A stretch of 64,000 bases of DNA, taken from positions 62,001 to 126,000 of the forward strand of contig NIVC01001399.1 of NCBI GenBank assembly GCA_002269645.1, written 5' to 3'. The position numbers were made by a program, and so were the translations under genes. Shown piece after piece: positions 10,901-23,819 of this stretch. A model generated the notes under the pieces. It saw nothing but the letters and a program-made list of their open reading frames with translations, was not told the origin of the DNA and searched no databases. The stretch's first letter is position 1. The number at the start of each line of letters is the position of its first letter. The stretch is from Macrostomum lignano (lineage: Eukaryota).

Positions 10901-12971
10901 GTCTCCCTCATCTCCGTCTCCCTCATTATCTCTGTCTCCCTCATCTGTCTCCCTCATTATCTCTGTCTCCCTCATCTGCCTCCCTCATCTCTGTCTCCCT
11001 CATCTGCCTCCCTCATCTCTGTCTCCCTCATCTCTGTCTCCCTTATCTCTGTCTCCCTCATCTCTGTCTCCCTCATTATCTCTGTCTCCCTCATCTGTCT
11101 CCCTCATTATCTCTGTCTCCCTCATCTGCCTCCCTCATCTCTGTCTCCCTCATCTGCCTCCCTCATCTCTGTCTCCCTCATCTCTGTCTCCCTTATCTCT
11201 GTCTCCCTCATCTCTGTCTCCCTTATCTCTGTCTCCCTTATCTGTCTCCCTCATTATCTCTGTCTCCCTCATCTGTCTCCCTCATTATCTCTGTCTCCCT
11301 CATCTGTCTCCCTATCACTGTCTCCCTCATCTCTATCTCCCTCATCTCTGTCTCCCTCATCTCTGCTGTCTCCCTCATTACTGTCTCCCCCATCTCTGTC
11401 TCCCTCATTACTGTCTCCCTCATTACTGTCTCCCTCATCTCTGTCTCCCTCATCTATTATCTATCAGTTGGTCAAGCTAAATTCAATTAATTTCTCTTTC
11501 CTGCTTTCTTAATTATTTTACTTCTGTTTGATCATTCTAAATGAATCTAAATGGTTTGTTATACCAAGTCTACTAATTGAGGAAGTTATCTTTTGAGGAT
11601 TTTTCTATTGTACAAGATATTGATTGGCTTTATATTAAAAAATAAAGTTAGTTTTTAATTAACGACAAAACCGGGAAACTTGCGAGACACAGAGAGGGCG
11701 TCTGAAGGCTGCGTACGGCTGTTCAGTCCATGGACTGGGGGGGGGGTCACCACACACCCTCAATTACCCCAGCTAATGCTGGCACCCATTTTACAGTTGG
11801 GTGAACTGAAGCAATGCAGAGTTAAGTGTCTTGTTCAAGGACACAAATTGTTCCAGTGGGATCGGGAATCGAACCCCCGACCATCAAGTCGTGAGTCCGA
11901 AGCTCCAGCTACTAGGCTACAAACCCTAGGCAAGAAAACTTTATAAACCAACCCTTCAGGTTCTAAACGAAGTAGTCATAGACAGAGGCCCGTCTGGCAA
12001 TCTGTGCATATTAGACGTGATAATTGAGGACCAGACCGTGACTACTATGCAAGGCGACGGTCTGATTGTGAGCAGCCCGACTGGCAGCACCGCCTACGCC
12101 ATGGCGGCAGGAGCCAACATGATTCATCCGTCGGTGCCGGCTCTACTGCTAGCCCCTATCTGTCCGCATTCGTTAAGCTTTCGGCCAGTAATTCTGCCGG
12201 CTAGCACAGGTATTACTGTTCGCTTGGCCGAATGCGCCAGAAGTAACGCCTGGGTCAGCTTTGACGGTCGGGATCGACAGGAACTGTTGCCAGGTATAGC
12301 TGACAAAATAGCCGCGTTGGAGGTTGAACAAAGACTTGATGAGAGGTCGGATAGGAGAGCAAAGACTAGATGACGGAGTAGACAAGAACAAAGATTAGAT
12401 GAGGGGTAGATAGGCAAACAAAGACTAGATAATGGGGTTGGACAAGAGAACAAAGACTAGATAAGGGGTAGACAGTAGAACAAACACTATGTGAGGGTGT
12501 TGGACAGGAGAGCAAACACTAGATAAAGGGGGTAGATGGGACAATAAAGACTAGATGAGGGGGTAGACAAGACGCAAGCAGAGTAGATGAGGGCTCGAAA
12601 GTACCGAAGTTTACAGCGACGGGTTGGCCTCTCTAAACTAAGCTAGATTTCGTGTATATGATCACTGATACAAAACCAATCCTAATTTTTGAATCCCAGG
12701 CGACCACGTGGCCATCACCACATCAGAGTACATGGTGCCCTCTATATCGGCTCGTAGCCCGCTGCAGGATTGGTTCAGCGGTTTAGCCGAATGCTTCCAC
12801 TGGAATGTGCGCTCGTTGCAGAAAGCCCTGCCATCTTCCACCGCTGCTAACCAGCCGGCTGCTTCAACTGCTGGTTCCGGTTCCGGTTCCGCAGTTGCCG
12901 CTAATGCGGCGGACTCATCGAGTTCGACTGCTTCGGTAGCGTCGGCGGATGATAATTTGGCCTCTAATTGA
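6351..12971 (+). CDS. NADK: NAD kinase; join(6351..6622,7698..7833,10292..10690,11960..12293,12700..12971), 470 aa
   Basis: Motifs [69 protein letters not shown] and DWF...C.HWNVR. All four introns are GT-AG with matching phases (2,0,0,1). Exon 1 (polyQ N-terminus) is the least certain. Confidence 0.95.
6730..7255. repeat. Degenerate approximately 18-bp minisatellite GGCGCTAAATTCTCCCCT (NADK intron 1)
   Basis: GGCGCTAAA core repeated with variable pyrimidine-rich linkers. Confidence 0.85.
7873..8000. repeat. (TCTG)n microsatellite
   Basis: Direct reading. Confidence 0.95.
8014..8320 (+). mobile_element. tRNA-derived SINE copy
   Basis: Head CCGTAGCCCAGTAG...CTCTGATGTGCCAGCGG...GGCTCGGTTCC with A-box-like and degenerate B-box motifs. 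Shares blocks (CTCTGATGTGCCAGCGG, AGTCGGYGGAATGGGCAGCARTGCCTCTC) with the inverted copy at 23405-23608. Confidence 0.65.
9100..10190. repeat. 23-bp minisatellite CTAGGATCGATATTCCTGGGATT (about 45 units, NADK intron 2)
   Basis: Direct reading; edges are degenerate and the variant TTATTGATCGATATT recurs. Confidence 0.95.
10780..11460. repeat. CT-rich minisatellite (TCTGTCTCCCTCATC and variants), NADK intron 3
   Basis: Accounts for the low-complexity tails of ORFs 10136..11512 and 10705..11490. Confidence 0.9.
11690..11925 (+). mobile_element. L2-clade LINE or SINE 3' tail fragment
   Basis: GCTGGCACCCATTTTACAG.TGGGTGAACTG...TTAAGTGTCTTGTTCAAGGACAC...GGGAATCGAACCC...ACTAGGCTAC is the typical L2/MIR-like tail layout. 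A very similar inverted copy lies at 30710-30885. Confidence 0.7.
12330..12590. repeat. Degenerate approximately 30-bp tandem repeat (AAAGACTAGATGAGGGGGTAGAC...), NADK intron 4
   Basis: AAAGACTAGAT core repeated about 8 times. Confidence 0.7.
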
Positions 12972-13189
12972 GGCTTCAGGCATCACACTTCTATGTATTA
13001 TGTGGACTGTCTGGTTAACTTTCTTGACAGCATTCTCTAATACGGGACGTATATTATCGTATCACGCCACGGTATAAAACACACGGCTAAGAGATACCTG
13101 TCTAGAGACAACTAGAACATTTTAGTATATAGGAAGTACTTAATAATATACGCTTTGTCACACGCTCCCTATGGAATTTCTATCCTCGA

Positions 13190-13812
13190 TGTACACTAGC
13201 CCAAGCCAACCCCAATAAATTCCTATCCCCCAATGTACACTGGCCCAAGCCAACCCCAATAAATTCCTACCCCCCAGTGTACACTGACTCACGCCAAATC
13301 CAATAAATTCCTACCCCCTAATGTACACTGGCCCATGCCAACCCCAATAAATTCCTACCCCCCAGTGTACACTGGCCCACGCCAATCCCAATAAATTCCT
13401 ATCCCCCAATGTACACTGGCCCACGCCAACCCCAATAAATTCCTTTCCCAAATGTACACTAGCCCACGCCAACCCCAATAAATTCCTATCCCCAATGTAC
13501 ACTAGCCCACGCCAACCCCAATAAATTCCTATCCCCCAATGTACACTAGCCCACGCCAACCCCAATAAATTCCTATCCCCCAATGCACACTGGCCCACGC
13601 CAACCCCAATAAATTCCTATCCCCAATGTACACTAGCCCACGCCAACCCCAATAAATTCCTATCCCCCAATGTACACTAGCCCACGCCAACCCCAATAAA
13701 TTCCTATCCCCCAATGCACACTAGCCCACGCCAACCCCAATAAATTCCTATCCCCCAATGCACACTGGCCCACGCCAACCCCAATAAATTACTATCCCCA
13801 ATGTACACTAGC
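13190..13812. repeat. 44-45-bp minisatellite CCCAATGTACACTAGCCCACGCCAACCCCAATAAATTCCTATCC (about 14 units)
   Basis: Direct reading; each unit contains AATAAA on the NADK sense strand. Confidence 0.95.
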
Positions 13813-14574
13813 GTATTCTATCTAATAACCTCAGCTATTTATATTGAACATCAAGGCTTGAAAATAATTGTAATAAGCAGGTTTCCACTTTGTTCCATTA
13901 GCTTGTGCTCGTATTTTGGCTTTGAGTTTTTTTTTGTTTGAAAACATTTCCTAGCCATAATCTAATAATACGCGACATTCTAATTATATTTTTCTAAGTA
14001 AATGTTATTTAATTATGTTTGATATTGAGCGAGCATTTTGAAATCTTATATTGATAGTAATATTTTTGTAAATTTAAATTTCCTATAATATTTATTGTTG
14101 TCTTAGTTGCGTTGAATTAAATTTCATTGGCCCGCATTTGAACTGATGAAGGGCGGTGAGGTTGTTTTATAATAGCAGTTCCTGGAAATTAATAGGATTC
14201 TGTGAATGCTGGATATTGAAAAAAATGTTAAAATTAAATAGTTTGAAGACTCGTTCCGCTGTCAGTAACAGGCGAACAAACAAGGCTTACTGATGAAATC
14301 GACATAGACATAATGCTTATCTTGTTTTGTCAGCTTTTTCATTAATTGTATTTTCGTGATTGTTTTTGGCCGTGTTTTGTGAGTGTTTTTTTTCTTTTTA
14401 AATCAATATTTAAATAAACAAGAAACATTCAGCTTTGTTTAAATTGGAAGAAATCAATTCTATTAACTGTTATTGATTCGTTTCTAACAATTCCGCCCTG
14501 ACTTCGTGTCAATACTTAATCTTAGTGCTTTACAATTAAGTTGTACAGTTTTGTCTTTGTATTATTCAAAAGAT

Positions 14575-14950
14575 TTAATTGATTCACATAACTGACTATT
14601 CACAAGATTGTATTGATTCACAAAACTGACTACTCACATGATTATATTGATTCACATAACTAACTATTCACATGATTATACTGATTCACATAACTAACTA
14701 TTCACAAGATTGTATTGATTCACATAACTAACTATTCACAAGATTATACTCATTCACATAACTAACTATTCACAAGATTATATTGATTCACAAAACTAAC
14801 TATTCACAAGATTATATTGATTCACATAACTGACTACTCACATGATTATATTGATTCACATAACTAACTATTCACAAGATTATATTGATTCACAAAACTA
14901 ACTATTCACAAGATTATATTGATTCACATAACTGACTATTCACAAGATTA
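14575..14950. repeat. 34-bp minisatellite ATTGATTCACATAACTGACTATTCACAAGATTAT (dimer of approximately 17-bp halves)
   Basis: Direct reading; about 11 units with ATTCAC in both halves. Confidence 0.92.
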
Positions 14951-15599
14951 TTCATTCCCATTAGTATCTTTTTTATGCTAATTGGCTATTATAAAAATGC
15001 ATTTACTGATGGTCACGTGACCATGGCCTCCTTGCACTTTGTCTTTAGTTAATCGCGGTTGGCATCAATGATTAGAAAATAAAGAATAGTCTGATTGATT
15101 AGTGAAAAGAGCACATTTTATATCGCGCTTTGAGCATATTAATCCTAAATGTTTTATGTTAGTATGAGAGAAGTCTGTCATTACGCGTAGGCGAGAGTTA
15201 CAGATGGCTACTTTTTTATTGACTTGACAGGTGCAGGCAGTGCGATAAAAATACACTGTAGTCTGTACTTAATTCGATTATTGCGTCAGCTGTTTGGCTA
15301 ACGGACTTGTCAGTCAAAAAAATGAAATTTTATTTGATGTCGGGAGGGATTCAATTAGGAGTGGCTTCAAATTTGTGCGTGAACTTTATGATCATTTGTT
15401 GTAGTTTAATCAGAGCGGTTCCTGTATTGGGCTTAAAAGTCACTCCAAAAGTACTAGAATTATATCATACTAAATTAATCTTCGTGTCTTAACTGTGTCG
15501 CAAAATTGTGCATCAAATCAAACATTCTATTGTCAATGTGTCAGAAGTTCGCCAGATATTGGTGTCAGAAAGTTTCCGATTGTGTCAGATGAGTTTCCT

Positions 15600-16965
15600 G
15601 GTTGTGCCAGACAGTGTCAGTCTCCTATTGTGTCAGACAGAGTCCGATTGTGTCAGATTGTGTTCGATTGTTTCAGATTGTGTTCGATTGTGTCAGACAG
15701 TGTCCAATTGTGTCAGATTGTGTTCGATTGTGTCAGACAGTGTCCAATTGTTTCAGATTGTGTTCGATTGTGTCAGACAGTGTCCAATTGTTTCAGATTG
15801 TGTCAGACAGTGTCCAATTGTGTCAGATTGTGTTCGATTGTGTCAGACAGTGTCCAATTGTTTCAGATTGTGTTCGATTGTGTCAGACAGTGTCCAATTG
15901 TGTCAGATTGTGTTCGATTGTGTCAGACAGTGTCCAATTGTTTCAGATTGTGTTCGATTGTGTCAGACAGTGTCCAATTGTTTCAGATTGTGTTCGATTG
16001 TGTCAGACAGTGTCCAATTGTGTCAGATTGTGTTCGATTGTGTCAGACAGTGTCCAATTGTTTCAGATTGTGTTCGATTGTGTCAGACAGTGTCCGATTG
16101 TGTCAGACAGTGTCCAATTGTTTCAGATTGTGTTCGATTGTGTCAGACAGTGTCCAATCATGTCAGATTGTGTTCGATTGTGTCAGACAGTGTCCAATTG
16201 TTTCAGATTGTGTTCGATTGTGTCAGACAGTGTCCAATTGTTTCAGATTGTGTCAGACAGTGTCCAATTGTGTCAGATTGTGTTCGATTGTGTCAGACAG
16301 TGTCCAATTGTTTCAGATTGTGTTCGATTGTGTCAGACAGTGTCCAATTGTTTCAGATTGTGTTCGATTGTGTCAGACAGTGTCCAATTGTTTCAGATTG
16401 TGTTCGATTGTGTCAGACAGTGTCCAATTGTTTCAGATTGTGTTCGATTGTGTCAGACAGTGTCCGATTGTGTCAGACAGTGTCCAATTGTTTCAGATTG
16501 TGTTCGATTGTGTCAGACAGTGTCCAATCGTGTCAGATTGTGTTCGATTGTGTCAGACAGTGTCCAATCGTGTCAGTTTGTGTTCGATTGTGTCAGACAG
16601 TGTCCGATTGTGTCAGACAGTGTCCAATTGTTTCAGATTGTGTTCGATTGTGTCAGACAGTGTCCAATCGTGTCAGATTGTGTTCGATTGTGTCAACAGT
16701 GTCAGATAGAGTCTAATTATGTCAGACAGTGTCAGTCTCCGATTGTGCCAGATTGTGTTCGATTGTGTCAGACAGTGTCAAATTGTGTTTGATTGTGTCA
16801 GATTGTGTTTGATTGTGTCAGATTGTGTCCAATTGTGTCAGATTGTGTCCGATTGTGTCAGACATATCTGATTGTGTCAAACAGTATCTGATTGTTTCAG
16901 AAAGTTTTAGATTGTGTCAAAGTGTCCTATTGTGTCAGAGTATCCAATTGTGTCAGAACATATCC
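15600..16965. repeat. Satellite of 10-bp monomers organised into a 40-bp higher-order unit
   Basis: TTGTGTCAGA / CAGTGTCCAA / TTGTTTCAGA / TTGTGTTCGA blocks; accounts for three overlapping 400-aa ORFs. Confidence 0.95.
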
Positions 16966-17883
16966 TAATGTGTCAGGCAGTGTCCTAAAAGATCACGCAG
17001 TGTTACGTTTGTGTCAGAAGTAAAAGCTGAAATGAAATCTGTTAGCGCAGTTTCTTTCCCTCCCTCAATTTTGCTTATGAGATTACGAGTATACTCTATA
17101 GACATTGGACAATCGCCTGCAAGACAATTAGGAAATTCGTACCGGATTCCCATTGGTCGAGCGACACCTGTGGCTCCCACAGGAACTCGAGATATAAATG
17201 AAATCTTCGCCTCTTGGCTTGGCCAGCTCTCACTTTCCTTTTCCTTTCTCTGTTCTCCATCATATCCTTTTCTACCTTGGCTTCGTGCTGCATCTTGCCT
17301 TTGTAGCTCTTTTAGTCCAATTTGTTTGAATCCGCACCTCGTGACTTCGTGATCGCGTCATACTGCGGAGCTGAGGTAAGCTTTTAATACAGTATTTGTG
17401 AGTATCAATTTAATTTATTCGCAATTGCTACTTATCTCTTTAGCAGCAAATTTTGGCTTTCTAGGAAATAGGAAAGATCTTTTGAAGTGCGTGTGAAATG
17501 TTACCGCCATATTTGCTTCTCATAGTAGATTTTTTAGTCTGTTCTGTGCAGCCAAGCGTGACAGGTTTTCTTCAGATCCTCTTGCCTTGCATGGTTTCCG
17601 TTATTGTAGAAGCCGATGATCGTATGATCGGCATTATTGCTGCTTTTATATTCATTTCTATTAGCGTTCATAATTTTGTCTTTATTCAACAGGCAGTTAC
17701 CAGGTTAGTCCGCGTGGCTTCCGGTAGTCCAATTCCTCTGTGTGCAGCATTGCCATAATTATTGATGGCTCAAGTCTAGAACATCAATTCTGATTAGCCA
17801 AACTCTGTCATGTAATTATTGCGTATTTTGGGTTATGAAATCCTCCGTAAAATGTGCACTGAGGGAATTTAATTCAAAGAAAA

Positions 17884-18599
<716 letters not shown>

Positions 18600-18600
<1 letters not shown>

Positions 18601-19678
18601 ACGAGCTCGCAGACGGGATCCCAAAAGTCCGTACAGTAACTATAAAAACGTAACAAATAACTGGAAAGCTACAGAAGTCTGCAGTCCTCCAAAGTGGCAT
18701 CCTTTGGCTGCAGTCACGCGTTGCTAGCGTTCTGACAGCTTCCTGACTCCGTCAGCAGTGCCGGAATCACACAGCTGTTGGGGAACTCGACCGGACGATT
18801 GTGCCGAAAAGCTCGTCCATGCAGTAGTATAGCGCGGTCTCGAAGCTGATTTTTTTGCTTGGGGGACTTGTTTCAGGAGAATGCAGATTGCAGCAGTATT
18901 TCCCAGCCATAGTTCTCCACCAGATCCTTCACATTTTTAGCCATGTGAGGACTCGCAGTGTCATGAAGCAGCATTGGTCTATTCTCCAGTGTCCGCGGTC
19001 GCTTCTTCCGGAGTGCTGATGAATAATGAAGTTTCTGTAGCACCCCTGCTCCAGTGTCTGTCTTTCAGGGACTCTGTGCACAAGTATCATGCAAAGGTAT
19101 GATCGTAACGAGCCCTTGTTGGGTCTGAAGACCTCAGGCCGGTGGACTGTGCTGCGAGGCTGCCAGTCAATTTTGAGACTTGAGATTACGTGCTTGGCGA
19201 CGGTCATCCTGTGATCCTTCCGCGCAGCGTCCAGATGGTGAGGCACCCAGCGAGCGGCAATTATCCTGAAGCTGAATGTTGGCGTCGGATGAAGACTCTC
19301 GTGGCCGTCCTCAATGATGTCCATGGCAAACCATCTGTAAACCGCTCGCTCAGAGAAGGAATGTTGCCAAAAGGCTTCTAAAAGTTGTCGGTGAACTTGT
19401 GCAGCTGGTGTTTCTCGCAGAAACTCTGTTCTTATGTACGAGCGCTGCTCAAATTTCCCCCTTCGTCCATGATTCAGCTGTTCTGGCTGAGTGAAAAAAC
19501 ACAAGATTGAAAAAGTTTCGCCAGCCCTTTGAAAAATAGACTTTATAATTGAAACTTTTTGCTATACGAGCGTATAGACTGCCGATGCATATGAAACTTT
19601 TGTTGTGTGGCTGAGCTTCTCACTCTTCGTCTATGGTAAATTTGTGGTTACTGAATGGACTTTTGGATGCCCCTCGCA
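18600..19678 (-). mobile_element. Decayed, internally deleted mariner (Tc1/mariner) element
   Basis: The minus strand encodes HTH EQRSYIRTEF...VYRWF, the WVPHHL motif (WVPHEL-like) and C-terminal GVRKLSER*QRVTAAKGCHF. Imperfect TIRs (CGAGGGGCATCCAAAAGTCCATTCAGTAAC versus GACGGGATCCCAAAAGTCCGTACAGTAAC) sit at TA or CA within GATA arrays. Confidence 0.9.
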
Positions 19679-20420
<742 letters not shown>

Positions 20421-20498
20421 TGGACACTTCGATGTACTTAGATACTTTGATGCATAAGTTTCTCCCAAAATGCCGCCACCAGAGAGGCGCAAGCAGCC

Positions 20499-23304
20499 AT
20501 GGATCCGAGTGAGCTCTTGTTTCCCCCCAACCCGAGCGAGTTGCGCAAGCTGCTGAGCCAGGGCGGCCACTCGGCCCACGCCGACCTCGTGGCCGCTAGG
20601 AAGTCCAGCTTCGCCCTAGTCGGGATCTGCGGCTTGGCCATGTGCATCGCTGGAGTTCCCTCCAACTTGGCCGCTTTTCTGGTGCTGCGTCGGCAAGCCA
20701 AAATGCGATACAACACCAGATTCTACCTGTGCGCCCTGTCCATCACTCACGCCCTCGTGCTGCTGACCTCTGTGGTTCCGAGCGTGAAGGACGCCATGCC
20801 GGTGTTCGAGAAAATGGACCACATGATCTGGCGTCACTGGTCCTGGCTGCCACGGTTGTACATCAATAGCCACGCTCTGTGCTTGTGCATGCAGGTGAGC
20901 TGTGCTGTGGGGATGGCTGAGAGGTTTTTTATGCCCCAGAGCACTGAGGTGTTGAGGATTGAGGTGTCTAAGAGTGGGATTGGGGTGTCTAAGAGTGGGA
21001 TTGATGTGTCTAAGAGTGGGATTGGGGTGTCTAAGAGTGGGATTGGGGTGTCTAAGAGTGGGATTGAGGTGTCTAATAGTGAGATTGGGGTGTCTAAGAG
21101 TGGGATATGGGTGTCTAAGAGTGGGGTTGGGGCGTCAAAGAGTGGTGTCTTCAGGCTAAACTTTTCGCCCTAATCTGCACCCAATGCCTCCCAGATCGAT
21201 CGTGGCCTTGAATGGCACGTGATTAGACTTCGACCGGAATCTAGCTGGAAATTTCCATCATGTTTTCGAGAGCTGCAGATGCGGAGGAGCACGTGACAGC
21301 TTACCGCTAATCAAAGCCTCCAGACCTGGGCTAACAGACCCTGACATGGTTAAGGAAGGGTTCCGGCCATGCTTGAGGTTGGGGACCCCCTCTGGTCACT
21401 TAGTCTTGACAAGGATTGGGTGTGTCAAGTGTCCGGCTCCAACATCGGGATGCAAGATCGTTGATGAAGAGATTTTTCCCAACAGTCAGTTTTCTTATCC
21501 CCCAATTAAGGGGTAAATGGCCTATCCTGTTGATTTTTTAAAATTTTTCAAAGATTTTATTTTCAAAGCTCAGATTCCCAAAGAAAATTTTCCTCTAAAG
21601 TCAAATTCCAAAAGATAACATTTTAAAAAGGTCAAATTTCCCAAGACCATATTCCAAAAGTTCGAATTCCGAAATACAGGTACAACATTCCGAAAGACAA
21701 CATTCCCAAAGACAACATTCCAAAGACAACATTCCCAAAGACAACATTCCCAAAGACAACATTCCCAAAGACAACATTCCCAAAGACAACATTCCCAAAG
21801 ACAACATTCCCAAAGACAACATTCCCAAAGACAACATTCCCAAAGACAACATTCTCGCCGACAGTATTCCCAGAGATAACATTCCCAAATGAAACATTCC
21901 CGAATACTAAGAAATACTAAGAAAACATTCCCAGAGACAATATTCCCAAATACAACATTCCCAAAGACAACATTCCCAAAGACAACATTTTCTAACATTA
22001 GCACTTTCTCAAAGGTTGCAGTCGCGGCATATCAGTAACATTCTAAACTGTGGGCTTAATAAAATTATAATAAATGTTTATAAAATAAAAATTCACCCGC
22101 AAAAAAACAAAAACAGGTGATATCTAACTGGCTTACAATGGCCCTAGCCACCGATCGGTACCTGCTGGTCTGTCAACCAAACTTTGGGAGCCTGTTGTGG
22201 AGACGCAGGAGCGCCGGCCTAATGACCGGTATCATCACTGTCGCTGCCATTCTCTTCTGCTTGCCGCAGTTCTTCGCCTATCGAATAGTCAGTTACAACT
22301 ATTTCGGCATCAACATCAGCGTCCTGTTGTCCAACGCGTCCTCGAATCGGTCAGTAGCTTTTGGAGACTTCCTTAACGAAGCTCTGGGCAGGCAGATCAA
22401 TTGGTACGACTTGAGCAACTTGGGCCGATCCTGGTCATTCCGGTTTACCTATCACTTCTTACTGTGGACTGCTTTGGCCTCGTTTGGTCCTGTGCTTTAC
22501 CTTGCCGTAGTCAACTCTAAGCTTGTCCGCAAGCTGAGACGCGCGGCTGAGTATAATGCTCAGATGCGTCGGTCCGGAGCTACCAAAGCCACTGCGGCTG
22601 GCGGCTCCGAGTCACTGGTCACCGGCAACACCTGCGCCAGTCACTGCAGCTACAATACCAGCACCAGCTATGCCTATCGCGACACCAACCGGATGCTGAT
22701 TGCCATCATGACATTCTGCGTCATCTGCTATTCGCCCGCCGTGGTGCACCACGTCATCCACGGCTGCACTTCCATCGCCAGCCAAGTTAAACAATCCAAC
22801 GTGTGGATTGTCGTCATAGGAGATTTGGCTAATCTGCTTGTTCTAGTTCATTCGGCCGGCACTTTGCCTCTGTACTACTCGTTTAGTAAGCAGTTTAAAT
22901 TGGCTCTTCGACGCCTGTGCTGCAAAAGCCTGTGCTGCTGCTGCTGTTGCTGTTGCTGCTGCTGCAACGCGGAGTCAAGGCGCACCGAGCCGGCTGAGAG
23001 ACTTCGATGGCGCCAGCCGCAGCAGCAGTGGCGACTGCAGCATCAGCGACACCAGAGGCAGCGTCAGCTTCAACAGCAGCACCAACTCGAACTGCTGCCG
23101 CTGTCCTCTCCGCCCGCTGGCCCAAGCGAACCTCGTGACCGGCAGCCGCGGCCACCGCTGCCACAAGTTTCCTTTGGTCATCGTCGCATAAAAACGTTTG
23201 ACTGTCCTCTGCCAATACTCGACGATGACGCCGCGGATGGTCAGGCGAAGCTGAATGCCATCTACCAGCTGACGGCCAAACCACTGGTGACCAGCGTTTG
23301 CTAG
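20499..23304 (+). CDS. Class A peptide-type GPCR, FMRFamide/myosuppressin-receptor-like orphan; join(20499..20894,22117..23304), 527 aa
   Basis: Seven hydrophobic segments: GVPSNLAAFLVL (TM1), FYLCALS (TM2), ISNWLTMALATDRYLLVC.P (TM3), FCLPQFFAY (TM4), TNRMLIAI...CYSP (TM6), PLYYSFSKQFK (TM7/H8). Phase-0 intron CAG|GTGAGC ... ACAG|GTG. Confidence 0.88.
20965..21135. repeat. 21-bp minisatellite TGGGGTGTCTAAGAGTGGGAT (GPCR intron)
   Basis: Direct reading; about 8 units. Confidence 0.9.
21690..21995. repeat. 15-bp minisatellite CCCAAAGACAACATT (GPCR intron)
   Basis: Direct reading with degenerate flanks. Confidence 0.92.
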
Positions 23305-23404
23305 ACTTACTGATCAGATTTGCTTTGGTTTCTTAGGGGCTGGCACATAGACAACTCAAGAGGAAGGACGCTACATTAGAGGCAGGAAGCGTCACACAAC
23401 CAGA

Positions 23405-23608
23405 GAGACCAGAGAGAGGCACTGCTGCCCATTCCACCGACTGAGTAGGTCCTAACTTTACTGTGCCTTGGGAGGTTGGCCCTCAAGGGCGTTAATTTCA
23501 CGAGCTCGGATTCCAGTTAATTTATCACTTATTTATTATTTATGATCGAGCTTGCGCCGCTGGCACATCAGAGAGCCGCGCTGAAGCACTGAGCTACGGC
23601 TCCCCCCC
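23405..23608 (-). mobile_element. tRNA-derived SINE copy
   Basis: The minus strand starts GGGGAGCCGTAGCTCAGTGCTTCAGCGCGG (A box TAGCTCAGTG); body blocks are shared with 8014-8320. Confidence 0.65.
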
Positions 23609-23819
23609 TCTAGCGCAATGCATTCTCCTGAGCACACTAAATGCACTGGCGATACAACAACATGCGTTCCTTGCTGGCTTCCAGCTCATTTCTAAGAAAA
23701 TCTAGTGCAGCTTCAGCTTCTACTTCAGCTGTCTATGGGTTTTAGTCGTTGGTCAGCTTGAGTCAGCCCTTTTTGCAAACAAAGATAAGTTATAACTGGA
23801 CTGGTCACTGTCCAGACAC

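Noticed and set aside
10691-11512. Long Ser/Leu/Pro-rich C-terminal extension of NADK in ORF 10136..11512
   Set aside because: Read-through into intron 3 repeats; the conserved NADK sequence resumes at 11960 after a GT-AG intron.
15495-16792. Three overlapping 400-aa Cys-rich ORFs
   Set aside because: All frames are translations of the 10/40-bp satellite; no unique coding sequence.
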